Below the pieces are notes generated by a model. The model had not been told where the DNA came from, did not search any database, and saw only the letters and a list, made by a program, of their open reading frames with translations. From Oligoflexales bacterium (GTDB lineage Bacteria; Bdellovibrionota_B; Oligoflexia; Oligoflexales; CAIYRB01), in the NCBI GenBank assembly GCA_041736175.1, contig JBGSUI010000200.1, forward strand, positions 1 through 44,104: 44,104 bases of DNA. Reading direction: 5' to 3'. The position numbers and the translations under genes were made by a program. Shown in pieces: positions 1 through 8,979 of the stretch; position 1 is the first letter of the stretch; the number at the start of each line of letters is the position of its first letter.

Positions 1-140
1 TAAAATTTACCTTTCATTCCAACAAATGACAGAGATGGCTGTGCTGTAAACCGTGTGATGAAGAGGCTCGTGCGGGAAATCCGCCGGCGGGCTTCTGTGG
101 GGAGGAGGGGGAGCAATTGTGCTCCCTCTCCTTACCCGAC
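1..140 (+). mobile_element. 3' end of a group II intron (domain V 63-95, domain VI 99-137, bulged branch A134, ends ...CCCGAC at 140); rest of intron lies upstream of the window
   Basis: GAGGCTCGT-GCGG-GAAAT-CCGC-CG-GCGGGCTTC folds as a 33-nt DV. It is followed by TGT and a long DVI hairpin (GGG-GAGGAGGGGGAGCA-attg-TGCTCCCTCTCCTT-A-CCC) with an unpaired A 7 nt from an AY end. An open frame ending KIYLSFQQMTEMAVL* at 47-49 could be the RT/maturase tail. Confidence 0.88.
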
Positions 141-296
141 ATTTTAGCAGGCCTATGATAAGTAGCTGCCAGGTCGGTATAACCTGGCTCGCAGCCTGTT
201 TTACAGCAGATATAGCCAGCAACAGCCTCGAATCCTGGTGCGCATTTCGCTTCGACGACAAGCATCCAAGAAAACTTACCCCCGAACATTGAGTTC

Positions 297-892
297 CTAA
301 TTTGGAACCATGCCCCGAGGATAGATGACGTCAGGTGAAGCAAGAAAATCTCTGATGAAGTTATACTTCGAACTGAAAGCAGGAGATAGAAGCCGTTGCA
401 TGACATCAAAAGTTTGGCCTGCTTTTGTATCGATGAGATAAGAAGCCTGCAGATATTCATGCATCACAAAATAAGCCAGGCTTTCGGCAAAATCATCGGC
501 TGGATGTCTTGAACCATAAAGACTAATAAAGTTGCTCTTACCAAAGAGTCCATCGTAGGCTGCTCGTACATTATCACGAGAGATAAAACCGCTCTCGCAG
601 CTGGAAAAAAAAAGATTACTTCTGAACTGGGAATCAAAGAGCGGAGTGAGTTCTCTTTCGGAGAGCCGTTGCCAGCTCAAGTTCAGCCAAGGTCCGCCAT
701 TCAAACTATTAGTTCCATCGAGGATATGACCAATCTCATGAGCGACCACAAAATAGAGCAAAGTGTTCACTGAATGCGAGGTTTCTGAATATACCTGCGG
801 CAGATCGTCCCGGGTCGGATTGTAGCCCCCTGCTTCTTGAAAACCGCCGAACGACAGTTGCCTCTTCCATGTGGCCCAACGCGCCAGAGATA
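297..892 (-). pseudogene. Zinc metallopeptidase-like domain lacking its native N-terminus (C-terminal part of chimeric ORF 297-1043)
   Basis: YFVVAHEIGHILD (HEXXH) and FISLYGSRHPADDFAESLAYF (third-ligand motif typical of putative zinc-binding metallopeptidases); the N-terminus of the ORF is transposase-derived. Junction position approximate. Confidence 0.65.
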
Positions 893-1109
893 CTTCGGAA
901 TTAAGAATGCCATGAACTTTTGAAAACAGCTTCCTATTGGTCTGAAACCAGTATCTCATTGGTATGGGAAAAGAGAGGACAAACTGTCTGTAGGGTGTTA
1001 GAGGTAAGATATTATCAACTAGATGAGCCGCTGACTCAATCATTCGTTTGCCAGCACAAGATGGAAAGAAACCACGGTTTTTGCAACTAAATCCCGCTAC
1101 CTTCTCGAA
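893..1109 (-). mobile_element. IS91/ISCR-family transposase N-terminal zinc-binding domain remnant
   Basis: Translates FEKVAGFSCKNRGFFPSCAGKRMIESAAHLVDNILPLTPYRQFVLSFPIPMRYW, matching the SCK.RGFCPSC..RM...AAHLVD..LP..P.RQ.VLSFP signature; the CPSC motif reads FPSC. Confidence 0.85.
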
Positions 1110-1168
1110 TCCGGACTACGACATTTAGGCCATTAAGGGAGTGGACCATGGCGCGGCAGTAATTTCCA

Positions 1169-2284
1169 TCACGTCGGCCCCGCGTTTACTTCAGCCGAAA
1201 GCGCCTGACATTTGGCGTTAAGTCTCAGTTGAATTTGCTGGTCGGTTAGGCTCGGTTCTTCAAATGTCCTGCTTATGATCTGGACCGTTTCATTGGGGCT
1301 TTTTGCCGCCAAAACCATCATCTCTAAAACTTTGTCTAAACCAAATTGATCAAGCCAATACTCCATAAGAAATCGTGCACCTTCGTAGGATGGTTTACCG
1401 GCGAAGGTCGCCGTGGAAAATTCATTCGAGTCGAACAAGCGCACATAGCCTTGGGCCAGCAGGGCCTGGGTTTCATGGCACCTCGCCGCTGATGTGATGC
1501 GCTCATATCCATCACCTAAAGCTGAAGCTAGCCCTTCTTCCAGAAAAGTGTTCGTGGTCCCTACGTCTACTCGGAATACATGAATCAGCTCATGAATATG
1601 GCTTGCGTCATCCAGTGTCTTGATTAGACCTGGCCTTGCTTGCGCTCCACCAGGATTAAAGGGGATCCCAAGTAGCTCTGCTTCTTCCTCATTCGAGGCC
1701 ACATAATAATCCAGATGGATGAGTGACGACCTGAAATTTGCCGACAAACGTCGAAATTCCTCTACAAACCGAAGCCCATCGGCACGGAGCTTCTGACTAA
1801 GGCCACTCTTGGTATGGTACTTGATGGGTCCGATATCCTCGACCTTCCAATCCTTTGTCAAGAATTCAAGAACGGGCTTTTCAGCCAAAGTTAGTTTCCA
1901 ATGACCGGTGTCTTTGCTAAATGGTAGCCAACCCCTGAACTTCTTGACTGTTTCACCTATCGTAATATCCGTGACCAATCGGACCCGTGCCACATCCCCA
2001 AAAATTTCCTCAGATTCTACTTGGAATTTCTTGAGTAACTCGGAACCCGGTGGGAAACTTGCTGTAAAGACATTATAATATTGTGGAGCAACCAGAGCAC
2101 GGGCCTCATCCATATTGCTACGGGTGAAATTCTCCCAAACCTGGGATGGCGAACTTCCTGAAAGGTTGGTCACAGCATTCTGATAACTAGGGCCCTGTTC
2201 AGCAGATTCCGCGTTTATACAAGTTGATAACTTAGTGATAAAAAGGGCGATAACCATTGTTTTCACAAGTGATGGATTGAACAT
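1169..2284 (-). CDS. Secreted gluzincin-type metallopeptidase (peptidase MA-like) with possible NTF2-like N-terminal domain
   Basis: 371 aa; N-terminal signal-like segment; HIHELIH followed about 12 residues later by FLEEGLA; YEGARFLMEYWLDQFG helix typical of the family. Confidence 0.7.
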   Translation of the reverse strand: MFNPSLVKTMVIALFITKLSTCINAESAEQGPSYQNAVTNLSGSSPSQVWENFTRSNMDEARALVAPQYYNVFTASFPPGSELLKKFQVESEEIFGDVARVRLVTDITIGETVKKFRGWLPFSKDTGHWKLTLAEKPVLEFLTKDWKVEDIGPIKYHTKSGLSQKLRADGLRFVEEFRRLSANFRSSLIHLDYYVASNEEEAELLGIPFNPGGAQARPGLIKTLDDASHIHELIHVFRVDVGTTNTFLEEGLASALGDGYERITSAARCHETQALLAQGYVRLFDSNEFSTATFAGKPSYEGARFLMEYWLDQFGLDKVLEMMVLAAKSPNETVQIISRTFEEPSLTDQQIQLRLNAKCQALSAEVNAGPT

Positions 2285-2515
2285 ATTCTATGAATTTTCT
2301 CCAAGTCAGGGACATTATACTGGTCCAAAAATTAGGCTATTGAAACCTAAAATTACGTCTTTGTTTAGCTGCGTTGCTTATTAAATGCAAGGTAAATTTA
2401 AAGGCAGCGTCAGCCACACGACAACACGTCCCCGTTTGGTCCAAAATCCGCCGGCCGCGGGGTTTTCATAGGGCAATCTGGTCCTGAATCGTATGGAGAA
2501 CCCTAGTTCACAAGA

Positions 2516-2638
2516 GTGATAGGTAAATCAAAAACTTTTTTCGGGAAGCAATGTCTGGTGGATCTCTATTCCTTGAACCCCGATCCAGGTCAAAGTGGGC
2601 TTTTTAAGGTCGTCCCACTCCCTGTCTAAAGCTTACTC
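2516..2638 (-). repeat. oriIS-like terminus, copy 1 (similar to 42708-42831)
   Basis: 2579-2638 matches 42772-42831 at 53/60 positions; weaker ungapped similarity extends to 2555/42748; both copies have a CCTAT motif 36-37 nt further on. Confidence 0.7.
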
Positions 2639-2868
2639 AGGTGAACATGCCTGATTTCAAACCTCTCCCCCTGATCGTAGGCAATACTCTTGAGTGGCCC
2701 AGAGGAACCGGTTAGAGACTTTTACCTCCCGATTGGACATTAGCTTTCATACTCTCCCGGCATGAAGTCAAAGGACTCCTGAAGGCTTCTGGGTGGAGCC
2801 CTAGCTGGCGGCAAGGGAACAAGCCCCACATGGGTCAGGTATCTTTTGACCCCTTCGGGATCCGTAAG

Positions 2869-3009
2869 TTAAACGGCCCAATTTCGACACCGGATGCCTA
2901 GGTGTCGCTATTGGGACCACTTAACACGCTATTAAGCGGCCCTTTTACGCATATTAAGTGGCCCTTCGGACCGGTTCATTCTGTCGTAAAAGGGCCGCTT
3001 AATAGCATG
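2869..3009. repeat. 141-bp palindrome-rich insert (MITE-like) interrupting the IS91 transposase remnant
   Basis: Perfect 22-bp inverted repeat GCTATTAAGCGGCCCTTTTACG (2928-2949 / 2985-3006); several TTAAG(C/T)GGCCC-like copies; CGACACC..GGTGTCG hairpin at 2885-2907; removing it rejoins NPIAA|LTDPEG. Confidence 0.75.
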
Positions 3010-3480
3010 GGCCGCTATGGGATTTAGCGAACCACCACAGTGGCCGCAGGTTAGGACATCGATTCCAAAGGCTTTAGCGAGGTTACGGGCCCATTTTGAG
3101 TTTTTTGGACGATCTGGATCCCCATCCCCACCTCAATCCGTAACAGCGAAGTCGAAGCCTTTATGGGGCTTCTGGCTTAAGGCGAATCTTGGTGAGATAA
3201 GGTGATCTGTGGTCGCAAATCATCCACGCCGTGGAATTTTAGGCTAATTTGATGCTGGCGGGGTGGGGTGGGTATTGGTAGAGGAATGGGCGTGCATGGA
3301 GAAACCATTGATGTTCGAGCAGAGTTTTCCTTTGGCGACGGGAGAGGGGGATCTCTTCCTCAAAACCGAACCCTGACCCAATCCCCATCTCTTAGTAAAC
3401 GCTTTTGCCAGCATTCGGTCCAAAAGCGATCTTACTTGTGATGGATGCTCCCGTCGCCAACGCTAGGGCATCGTAGGTCC

Positions 3481-3621
3481 CTAGAGTCGGTGGAAAAGGT
3501 CATCATTGAATCGGCTTTAAAGCGGCATGGGACATCGTCTGCAGCCGCTGAGGCACTGAGTACACCCAAAAGCACATTTAGTGCGAGAAAACGGAAGCTG
3601 GGGATCGAGATCGATGAGTGA
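3481..3621 (+). pseudogene. C-terminal Fis-type HTH (HTH_8) fragment of a sigma-54 enhancer-binding regulator
   Basis: LESVEKVIIESALKRHGTSSAAAEALSTPKSTFSARKRKLGIEIDE*; no start codon; abuts the IS91 remnant at a CTAG junction. Confidence 0.75.
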
Positions 3622-4248
3622 GAAGAGACAGTTTTAATTACTGTTCCCTTGCTTTTGAAAGCTCTTTCTTAAGGTCGGCCTTCTCAAAGCTTTTTTTGCC
3701 TTTTCACGAATTCAAACGTAAAAAAAGCCACTGTCTAAATGACAGACTTTAGAGGCCGTCCCAGCGATTATGAGCACCAGGTTTATTCTGAGTAGGGTCA
3801 GGTCTCGGATTGTCGTCGCGCTAATCGTGTTTTTGGACACGGCAAAAGCAACACCTATAAGTAGCAAGTCTCGCCTACCAGGAGGCTGATCGACAGGCTG
3901 TTCTGATGCCAAGGCAGGAATCTATAAAATCCCTGGAGGACCTATAATGGCTGAAAAGGTTTGTGTGTTAATTCTTTGTCTGACTAAATTTTTGATATAT
4001 AAGTCTTTGTAAATATTAATAAATATATTGCTTTTGCCCTCAAAACTTGAGACTATAGACCTACAGAACATCGCTGCCTGTACTTGTACTCCTAAATTTA
4101 CCCCTGCCCTTGATTAATACCCAAAGGTGGGGGATTTTCTTTTTCCTTCCCTCTCAACCTGAAGCAACAACCAAGCTAATTAGTGTTTAGCCAGGGTAGG
4201 GCTTTACCTTTTACTTTCGGTATGTTAATGTCTCGTTTTGGTGCTGCC

Positions 4249-4298
4249 TGCGCTTGGGGTGCGTGAGGTCGTGGGCTCGAATCCCGCCACCCCGACCA
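4249..4298 (+). tRNA. tRNA-Pro(GGG) 3' fragment / pseudo-tRNA (probable integration att site)
   Basis: TGCGC-TTGGGGT-GCGTG anticodon arm, AGGTC variable loop, GTGGG-CTCGAAT-CCCGC T arm, CACCCCG-A-CCA end. The upstream sequence does not form a proper D arm/acceptor 5' strand, and the T loop has CTC instead of TTC. Confidence 0.75.
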
Positions 4299-4458
4299 GT
4301 TATTTTAGGGGCTTAAGATCGATTCAACAAAATCTTTGCCAGCGCAATTATAAGAAGGAGCTGAGCCGATAATATTATCGGAGATCTCTTGTTTTCTGCA
4401 TTGGAAATTAATAAGGTCTAAGGTCGGGACAACGCCCTCTTTAAAAAAAGGAATATCC

Positions 4459-6144
4459 ATGTCAACGACCCGAGATCTAGTTGATTCGTGGACTTCAGGT
4501 ATTGTTAAAAAATTCAAACCCTCTTTAAAATCTCCGCCATTTAATCTGGGTGATGATAAGCATACAAGTGCCTGTTTTGCCCTGTTATGTGCCTCCACTC
4601 TATTGGAGCTATCTGACGAAGATTTATTAGATGGCCTGACCGAAGGTGGAGATGATAACGGTATTGATTACATTTATATAAGCGATCTGGCTGATGGAGA
4701 GTTCACAGTTTCGTTGTTTCAAGCCAAATATGACAAAATTGAAGGACCTCTGAAAAATTTTCCTGAAAGTGGTGTGCTCCCTTTATTAAATACATTAAAA
4801 TTATTTATGCGTTCAAATAGCCCTCTGCCAGGTAATAAGAGGTTTTTGAAGATAGCCGAAGAGATTCGATCATTGATACGAGATGGCCAAATCCCTAGAT
4901 TCTCAATCTATTTATGTAATAATGGATTAAAGTGGAATGAAAGTGTCCAGAAAAAAATAGCTGTAGAAACATTAAATGAACAGCAGTTTCAATTTCATCA
5001 CATTAATCATGACGCCATTTTTAAGATGAAAGAAGGACTAAAGCCCGTCAAAGTTGACTTGAAGTTTTCAGGCATGAGTCATATTGATCAGTTCAGTTAC
5101 AAGCGCGTTGTCATTGGTAAAGTTACTGCGAAAGCCATCTATGATTTAGTTGAGTCCCATGGAAATATGCTTTTTGAGAGCAATATTCGCAGGTATTTAG
5201 GGACACGTATCAGTGACGTGAATGCGGGGATGAAAAGCACCCTTTCAGATTCGTTAAAGCGTGGGGACTTCTATTTCCTTAACAATGGGATTACATGCCT
5301 CTGCAGTCAATTTAGGCATCAGGGCGTCGAAAAAGACAATACATTCAAGATTGAAGATTTTCAAATAGTAAACGGAGCGCAGACCTGTCACACCATTCAC
5401 GCCACTGTGAGTGAAGTTTTAAAGAAAGAAAATCCTGAGTCTTTTAACAACGTATTTGTCCTCGTTCGATTATATGAAGTGCAGAAAGAGGATGGTATTG
5501 CAGATAAAATCACATTTGCAACAAATCATCAAAATCCCATAGAAATATATGATTTACGATCAAATGATGCGATACAAAAAGCGCTTGAGAAATCATTTAA
5601 AGAGCTTGAGCCCGATTTAATCTATCGAAGGAGGAGGGACGGGGCCGCGGCGAGTTCCCATGTGATTTCTCCATTGACGGTTGCAGAGTCGGTATTTGCT
5701 GTTTGGAATGGTAGGCCCCATACGGCGAAATTTCGAAGATTAGATCTTTTTCGAAAGCACTATGATGAGATTTTCTCGGAAGGTTTAACTGCTGCGCAGG
5801 CATTAAGTGCTGTTAATATATTCAGGTTTGTCGAGACCAAGCGAAAAAACACCAGTGATAGCTTCCCAGACTGGGTCGGTTATGCCAGTTATTTTATTGC
5901 GGCACTTATAGGTAAAAAGTTATTGAGCGAACTAGGAATCGATCGAGCATCTAAGTTGTCAAATAAGAATTATTTAAAAGCAAAAGAGGTGCTGGCGGTG
6001 AGGTCAGAGGAATTTTACCTAGAGGCGATCAATAATATAGATTCTGCCTTACAAGACGTGCTAAAAGACCCCACCCTGCAAAAGCTTTCGGCAGTTTTTC
6101 GACGGCCTGATCTTTGCGAAAAATTGCAGATAGCAAAGTGTTAA
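4459..6144 (+). CDS. AIPR family (abortive infection phage resistance) protein
   Basis: 561 aa, AT-rich; DNGIDYI..FQAKY N-terminal motif; LFESNIRRYLG, FYFLNNGIT, QIVNGAQT, ITFATNHQNPI..DLRSND motifs. Confidence 0.92.
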   Translation: MSTTRDLVDSWTSGIVKKFKPSLKSPPFNLGDDKHTSACFALLCASTLLELSDEDLLDGLTEGGDDNGIDYIYISDLADGEFTVSLFQAKYDKIEGPLKNFPESGVLPLLNTLKLFMRSNSPLPGNKRFLKIAEEIRSLIRDGQIPRFSIYLCNNGLKWNESVQKKIAVETLNEQQFQFHHINHDAIFKMKEGLKPVKVDLKFSGMSHIDQFSYKRVVIGKVTAKAIYDLVESHGNMLFESNIRRYLGTRISDVNAGMKSTLSDSLKRGDFYFLNNGITCLCSQFRHQGVEKDNTFKIEDFQIVNGAQTCHTIHATVSEVLKKENPESFNNVFVLVRLYEVQKEDGIADKITFATNHQNPIEIYDLRSNDAIQKALEKSFKELEPDLIYRRRRDGAAASSHVISPLTVAESVFAVWNGRPHTAKFRRLDLFRKHYDEIFSEGLTAAQALSAVNIFRFVETKRKNTSDSFPDWVGYASYFIAALIGKKLLSELGIDRASKLSNKNYLKAKEVLAVRSEEFYLEAINNIDSALQDVLKDPTLQKLSAVFRRPDLCEKLQIAKC

Positions 6145-6276
6145 GTATGGGCCTGGTCTCCATGTGCGGTGAAGTTCCATAGGAACCCTTAGCAGGCCAA
6201 AAAACCCTAGGTGTATTAACGAAGAGGGAGCGAGGACAATCTTATTCTTATTTAGGCGGCAATGATGTGGTCGCTT

Positions 6277-6292
6277 TGGCATGGGTTTTGCT
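6277..6292 (+). promoter_or_regulatory. Sigma-54 (-24/-12) promoter candidate
   Basis: TGGCATGGGTTTTGCT (GG-N10-GC), 50 nt upstream of ORF 6343. Confidence 0.6.
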
Positions 6293-6342
6293 CTAAATCA
6301 TTATTATAAGCTGTTTCGAACCCATAACTAAGGATTTACTTT

Positions 6343-7242
6343 ATGATCACAATTCTAAAAATGGTAATATTTTCTGGGATTATTATGAATGCAATCGGAT
6401 GCAGATTACAAAAGTCTCCCAACACTGCTGTCAATAATTTAGACATGGTCCCAGGAGAACGCCTCTATGACTTAGGAGACTTAGGCAGAGGTAAACTTCC
6501 TAGTGTTTTGCTGTGCCGGAATATCGTGCCAGAAAAGTCTCAAGATTTCCTTAAACCTTCCTATCTGGTCTTCCGCAGACCTTTACAATCGTCGAAATAT
6601 ATCCAAATTACTGGCAATTTAAAGCACGTCGATACGTGGGGACCTGTTATTTTTGGTCCAGGCCAAATTCATTTTGAAAGAAATCTGAATGGTGGTACAC
6701 AAATATTTACTTTGGATTTTCCCGACTTGCTGCGAAATACGGGTTTGAAAGCGCGTATTGAAAACCGTGGCCCAGATTCTTCCACAACGCAAAACTACTT
6801 GTGTGATTACGACATGCTATCAGAGCGCAGTCCCCATATTGGTGAGGACCTCGTGATTTCCGGTCGTGATTCCAACGGCAACTATGTTACTGAGATGATT
6901 AGTGTCGATTGGTTGCGCAAGGACCCACAGGATCGACGTGAGAAGATTTTAACTCTCGCGTCGAAAGCCCGAGAGAGTTGGGCAATCGTTGACGAGCCTG
7001 TCTATAATACCAAATATGAACTCGTTGGCTACGTAGAGACCTACAGGCCTGGAGCCAACTTTGGAATTTCCATTAAGAGTGTGCATGATCTCAAGTTCGG
7101 AGCACAGGTCAACAGTTCGCAAGCGCAGAAAAATTGGCAACCCGTGGAACCTCTGAATTCGGAACGAGGTCCCAGCCTAAGGGTTTTAAATAGATGTCTT
7201 TGCATCGCCAGGGATGCACGCCCTCCTACGGGATGTCCCTAA
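6343..7242 (+). CDS. Hypothetical lipoprotein
   Basis: 299 aa ORF with AAGGA RBS; hydrophobic N-terminus ending in lipobox-like NAIGC; no family recognised. Confidence 0.6.
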   Translation: MITILKMVIFSGIIMNAIGCRLQKSPNTAVNNLDMVPGERLYDLGDLGRGKLPSVLLCRNIVPEKSQDFLKPSYLVFRRPLQSSKYIQITGNLKHVDTWGPVIFGPGQIHFERNLNGGTQIFTLDFPDLLRNTGLKARIENRGPDSSTTQNYLCDYDMLSERSPHIGEDLVISGRDSNGNYVTEMISVDWLRKDPQDRREKILTLASKARESWAIVDEPVYNTKYELVGYVETYRPGANFGISIKSVHDLKFGAQVNSSQAQKNWQPVEPLNSERGPSLRVLNRCLCIARDARPPTGCP

Positions 7243-7448
7243 AAATTAAAAATAATTGGAAGAATCCACTGGGCGTTGTTACGTTTCAAAACCAATGACT
7301 TGGCTTGACCGACTGCTGCGGTAGATAGAATTATTCACAAAAGCAAGACTTTCGATGATTCCTTTGATTTAGCAAAGAGGGGCAAATGCTTCTTGGCCAA
7401 GCGCTTAAAGGTGTTTAGCTCCCAGTCCTCTTTCGAGCCGTTGTGGTT

Positions 7449-8870
7449 CTACTTTTCTGTGGAAGATTCAGCTTCGTCTGCAGTCATTGCTATTGCAGGG
7501 TGGTTGGTTTCGCTTAGGAAAATTCTACCAAATACTAATGTTAATACGGCAGCAGCACCACTCGCTCCCAAGATCCCCAGTTTAGCAGCCCCAAGAAAAG
7601 AGGGATTGCTAAACGCGAGTTGGGCAATGAAGAGAGCCATCGTGAACCCCACTCCTGCCACTACACTGAGTACAAACAAGTGTCTGTAGGTGATACCGAG
7701 GGGAAGAGTTGCAAGTCGTAGTTTCAGCACTGTCCCGCTAAAGAGGAGGATTCCAAGAGGTTTGCCTACTAAAAGGCCGACGGCAACTGCGGTCGCGACT
7801 GTAACAGCCTTTTGATCAAAAACGTCGCCTGATAGGGAAACTCCAGCATTGGCCAATGCGAAAATGGGCATAATGATAAAAGCCACCCATGAATGTAGGT
7901 CCTCGATAAGGCTATCAGCGGGAGCGAGTGTCTCGCGACGAGCAATATTTACATGCCGCAAAGCCGCAGCCATTTCTGTGGATCCCATCGTGCCCTTGGC
8001 GCCATTTTCAAGGACTTCTAGATCTTCTTGAATGCTGGCCAAAAAACCCTCCGGCCCTAACCAAGGGACCACGGGGGTCATGAGACCTAGCAGGACTCCC
8101 GCGATCGTTGGGTGAACTCCTGCAGCGTACACACCGGCCCAAGCGATACAACCAGGTATAATGTACACGACCCTAGAACGAATCCCTAGGCGCTGCATAA
8201 CGATAATTGCGACGAAGGCAGCGATAGCTACCAAGAGTCCTGAAAGGGCGATTCCCGAGGAATAGAAAAGTGCAATGACGATGATGGCTCCAAGGTCATC
8301 GATCACTGCTACAGCGAGGAGCAGGACTCGTAGGGCGGCAGGGACCCGATTGCCAAGGAGTGTCAGGATCCCTACGGCAAAGGCTATGTCTGTAGCCATG
8401 GGTACGCCCCATCCTGATCTGGTTTCGGGAGCCCCTGCGAGAATAAGATAGAGGCTTGCTGGGACCAACATTCCTCCGAAAGCTGCCGCTACTGGAAGGG
8501 TGGCGCGTCGCCATTCAGAAAGTTCTCCTTGGTAGATTTCCCGTCTGATCTCTAAACCTACGACGAAAAAAAAGATAACCATGAGACCATCGTTGATAAA
8601 CCAATTTAAGCTTCTTTCAAACGTGAAGGTACCAACACGAATGGCAAGGGGGGTCTGAAAAAATTGAGTGTAAGTAGTTGCCCATGGGGAGTTTGCCCAA
8701 ATCAATGCTATCGCCGCCGCAATGAGCAGGAGAATGCCACTTGCAGCTTCTATATGCAAAAATCTATCAAGTGGACGTCGGGCGAGTTTAGAAAACCTAA
8801 AAAGGAATGGGGATGCTTCTGGTGGTTTCGACTTAAGGGTGCCCAAAGGGTGTTTTGGGTTGTTGGGCAT
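7449..8870 (-). CDS. nhaA: Na+/H+ antiporter NhaA
   Basis: INDGLMVIFFFVVGLEIRRE, GWGVPMATDIAFA, AVIDDLGAI, GVHPTIAGV, GVGFTMALFI motifs. Confidence 0.97.
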   Translation of the reverse strand: MPNNPKHPLGTLKSKPPEASPFLFRFSKLARRPLDRFLHIEAASGILLLIAAAIALIWANSPWATTYTQFFQTPLAIRVGTFTFERSLNWFINDGLMVIFFFVVGLEIRREIYQGELSEWRRATLPVAAAFGGMLVPASLYLILAGAPETRSGWGVPMATDIAFAVGILTLLGNRVPAALRVLLLAVAVIDDLGAIIVIALFYSSGIALSGLLVAIAAFVAIIVMQRLGIRSRVVYIIPGCIAWAGVYAAGVHPTIAGVLLGLMTPVVPWLGPEGFLASIQEDLEVLENGAKGTMGSTEMAAALRHVNIARRETLAPADSLIEDLHSWVAFIIMPIFALANAGVSLSGDVFDQKAVTVATAVAVGLLVGKPLGILLFSGTVLKLRLATLPLGITYRHLFVLSVVAGVGFTMALFIAQLAFSNPSFLGAAKLGILGASGAAAVLTLVFGRIFLSETNHPAIAMTADEAESSTEK

Positions 8871-8979
8871 AAATATTCTTTTCTTAATGGGGGTCCTTGA
8901 ATGGGGGGCTCCATCCAGTTTAAGTTACCAGATGATCCCATGAAATTGGTGAAATGTCCAGTGTGGATCGGGGTACAAG

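Larger units (their letters stand above)
2516..3484 (-). mobile_element. Degenerate IS91/ISCR-like element: C-terminal half of Y2 transposase (frameshifted) plus oriIS-like end
   Basis: Minus-strand fragments in order: ASITSKIAFGPNAGK, IGSGFGFEEEIP, KGKLCSNINGFSMHAHSSTNTH, SKWARNLAKAFGIDVLTCGHCGGSLNPIAA, LTDPEGVKRYLTHVGLVPLPPARAPPRSLQESFDF...* (stop 2740-2742). Downstream end TTTGATTTACCTATCAC resembles ISCR oriIS. Confidence 0.88.

Noticed and set aside
7..460. ORFs 7-261 and 14-460 on the minus strand
   Set aside because: They overlap the intron RNA structure and the peptidase frame, with no recognisable motifs; likely spurious.
1110..2515. Integron cassette/attC sites around the peptidase gene
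   Set aside because: No convincing RYYYAAC...GTTRRRY imperfect palindrome and no intI found by eye.
2869..3018. CRISPR array
   Set aside because: Repeats are about 11 bp, in mixed orientation and irregularly spaced; no cas genes in the window.
893..3484. A single IS91 element carrying the peptidase gene as an internal passenger
   Set aside because: On the minus strand the C-terminal half and oriIS come before the N-terminal fragment, so these are at least two separate partial copies.
4218..4298. Intact tRNA-Pro gene
   Set aside because: The 5' half cannot pair with the acceptor 3' strand or form a D arm, and the T loop is mutated.
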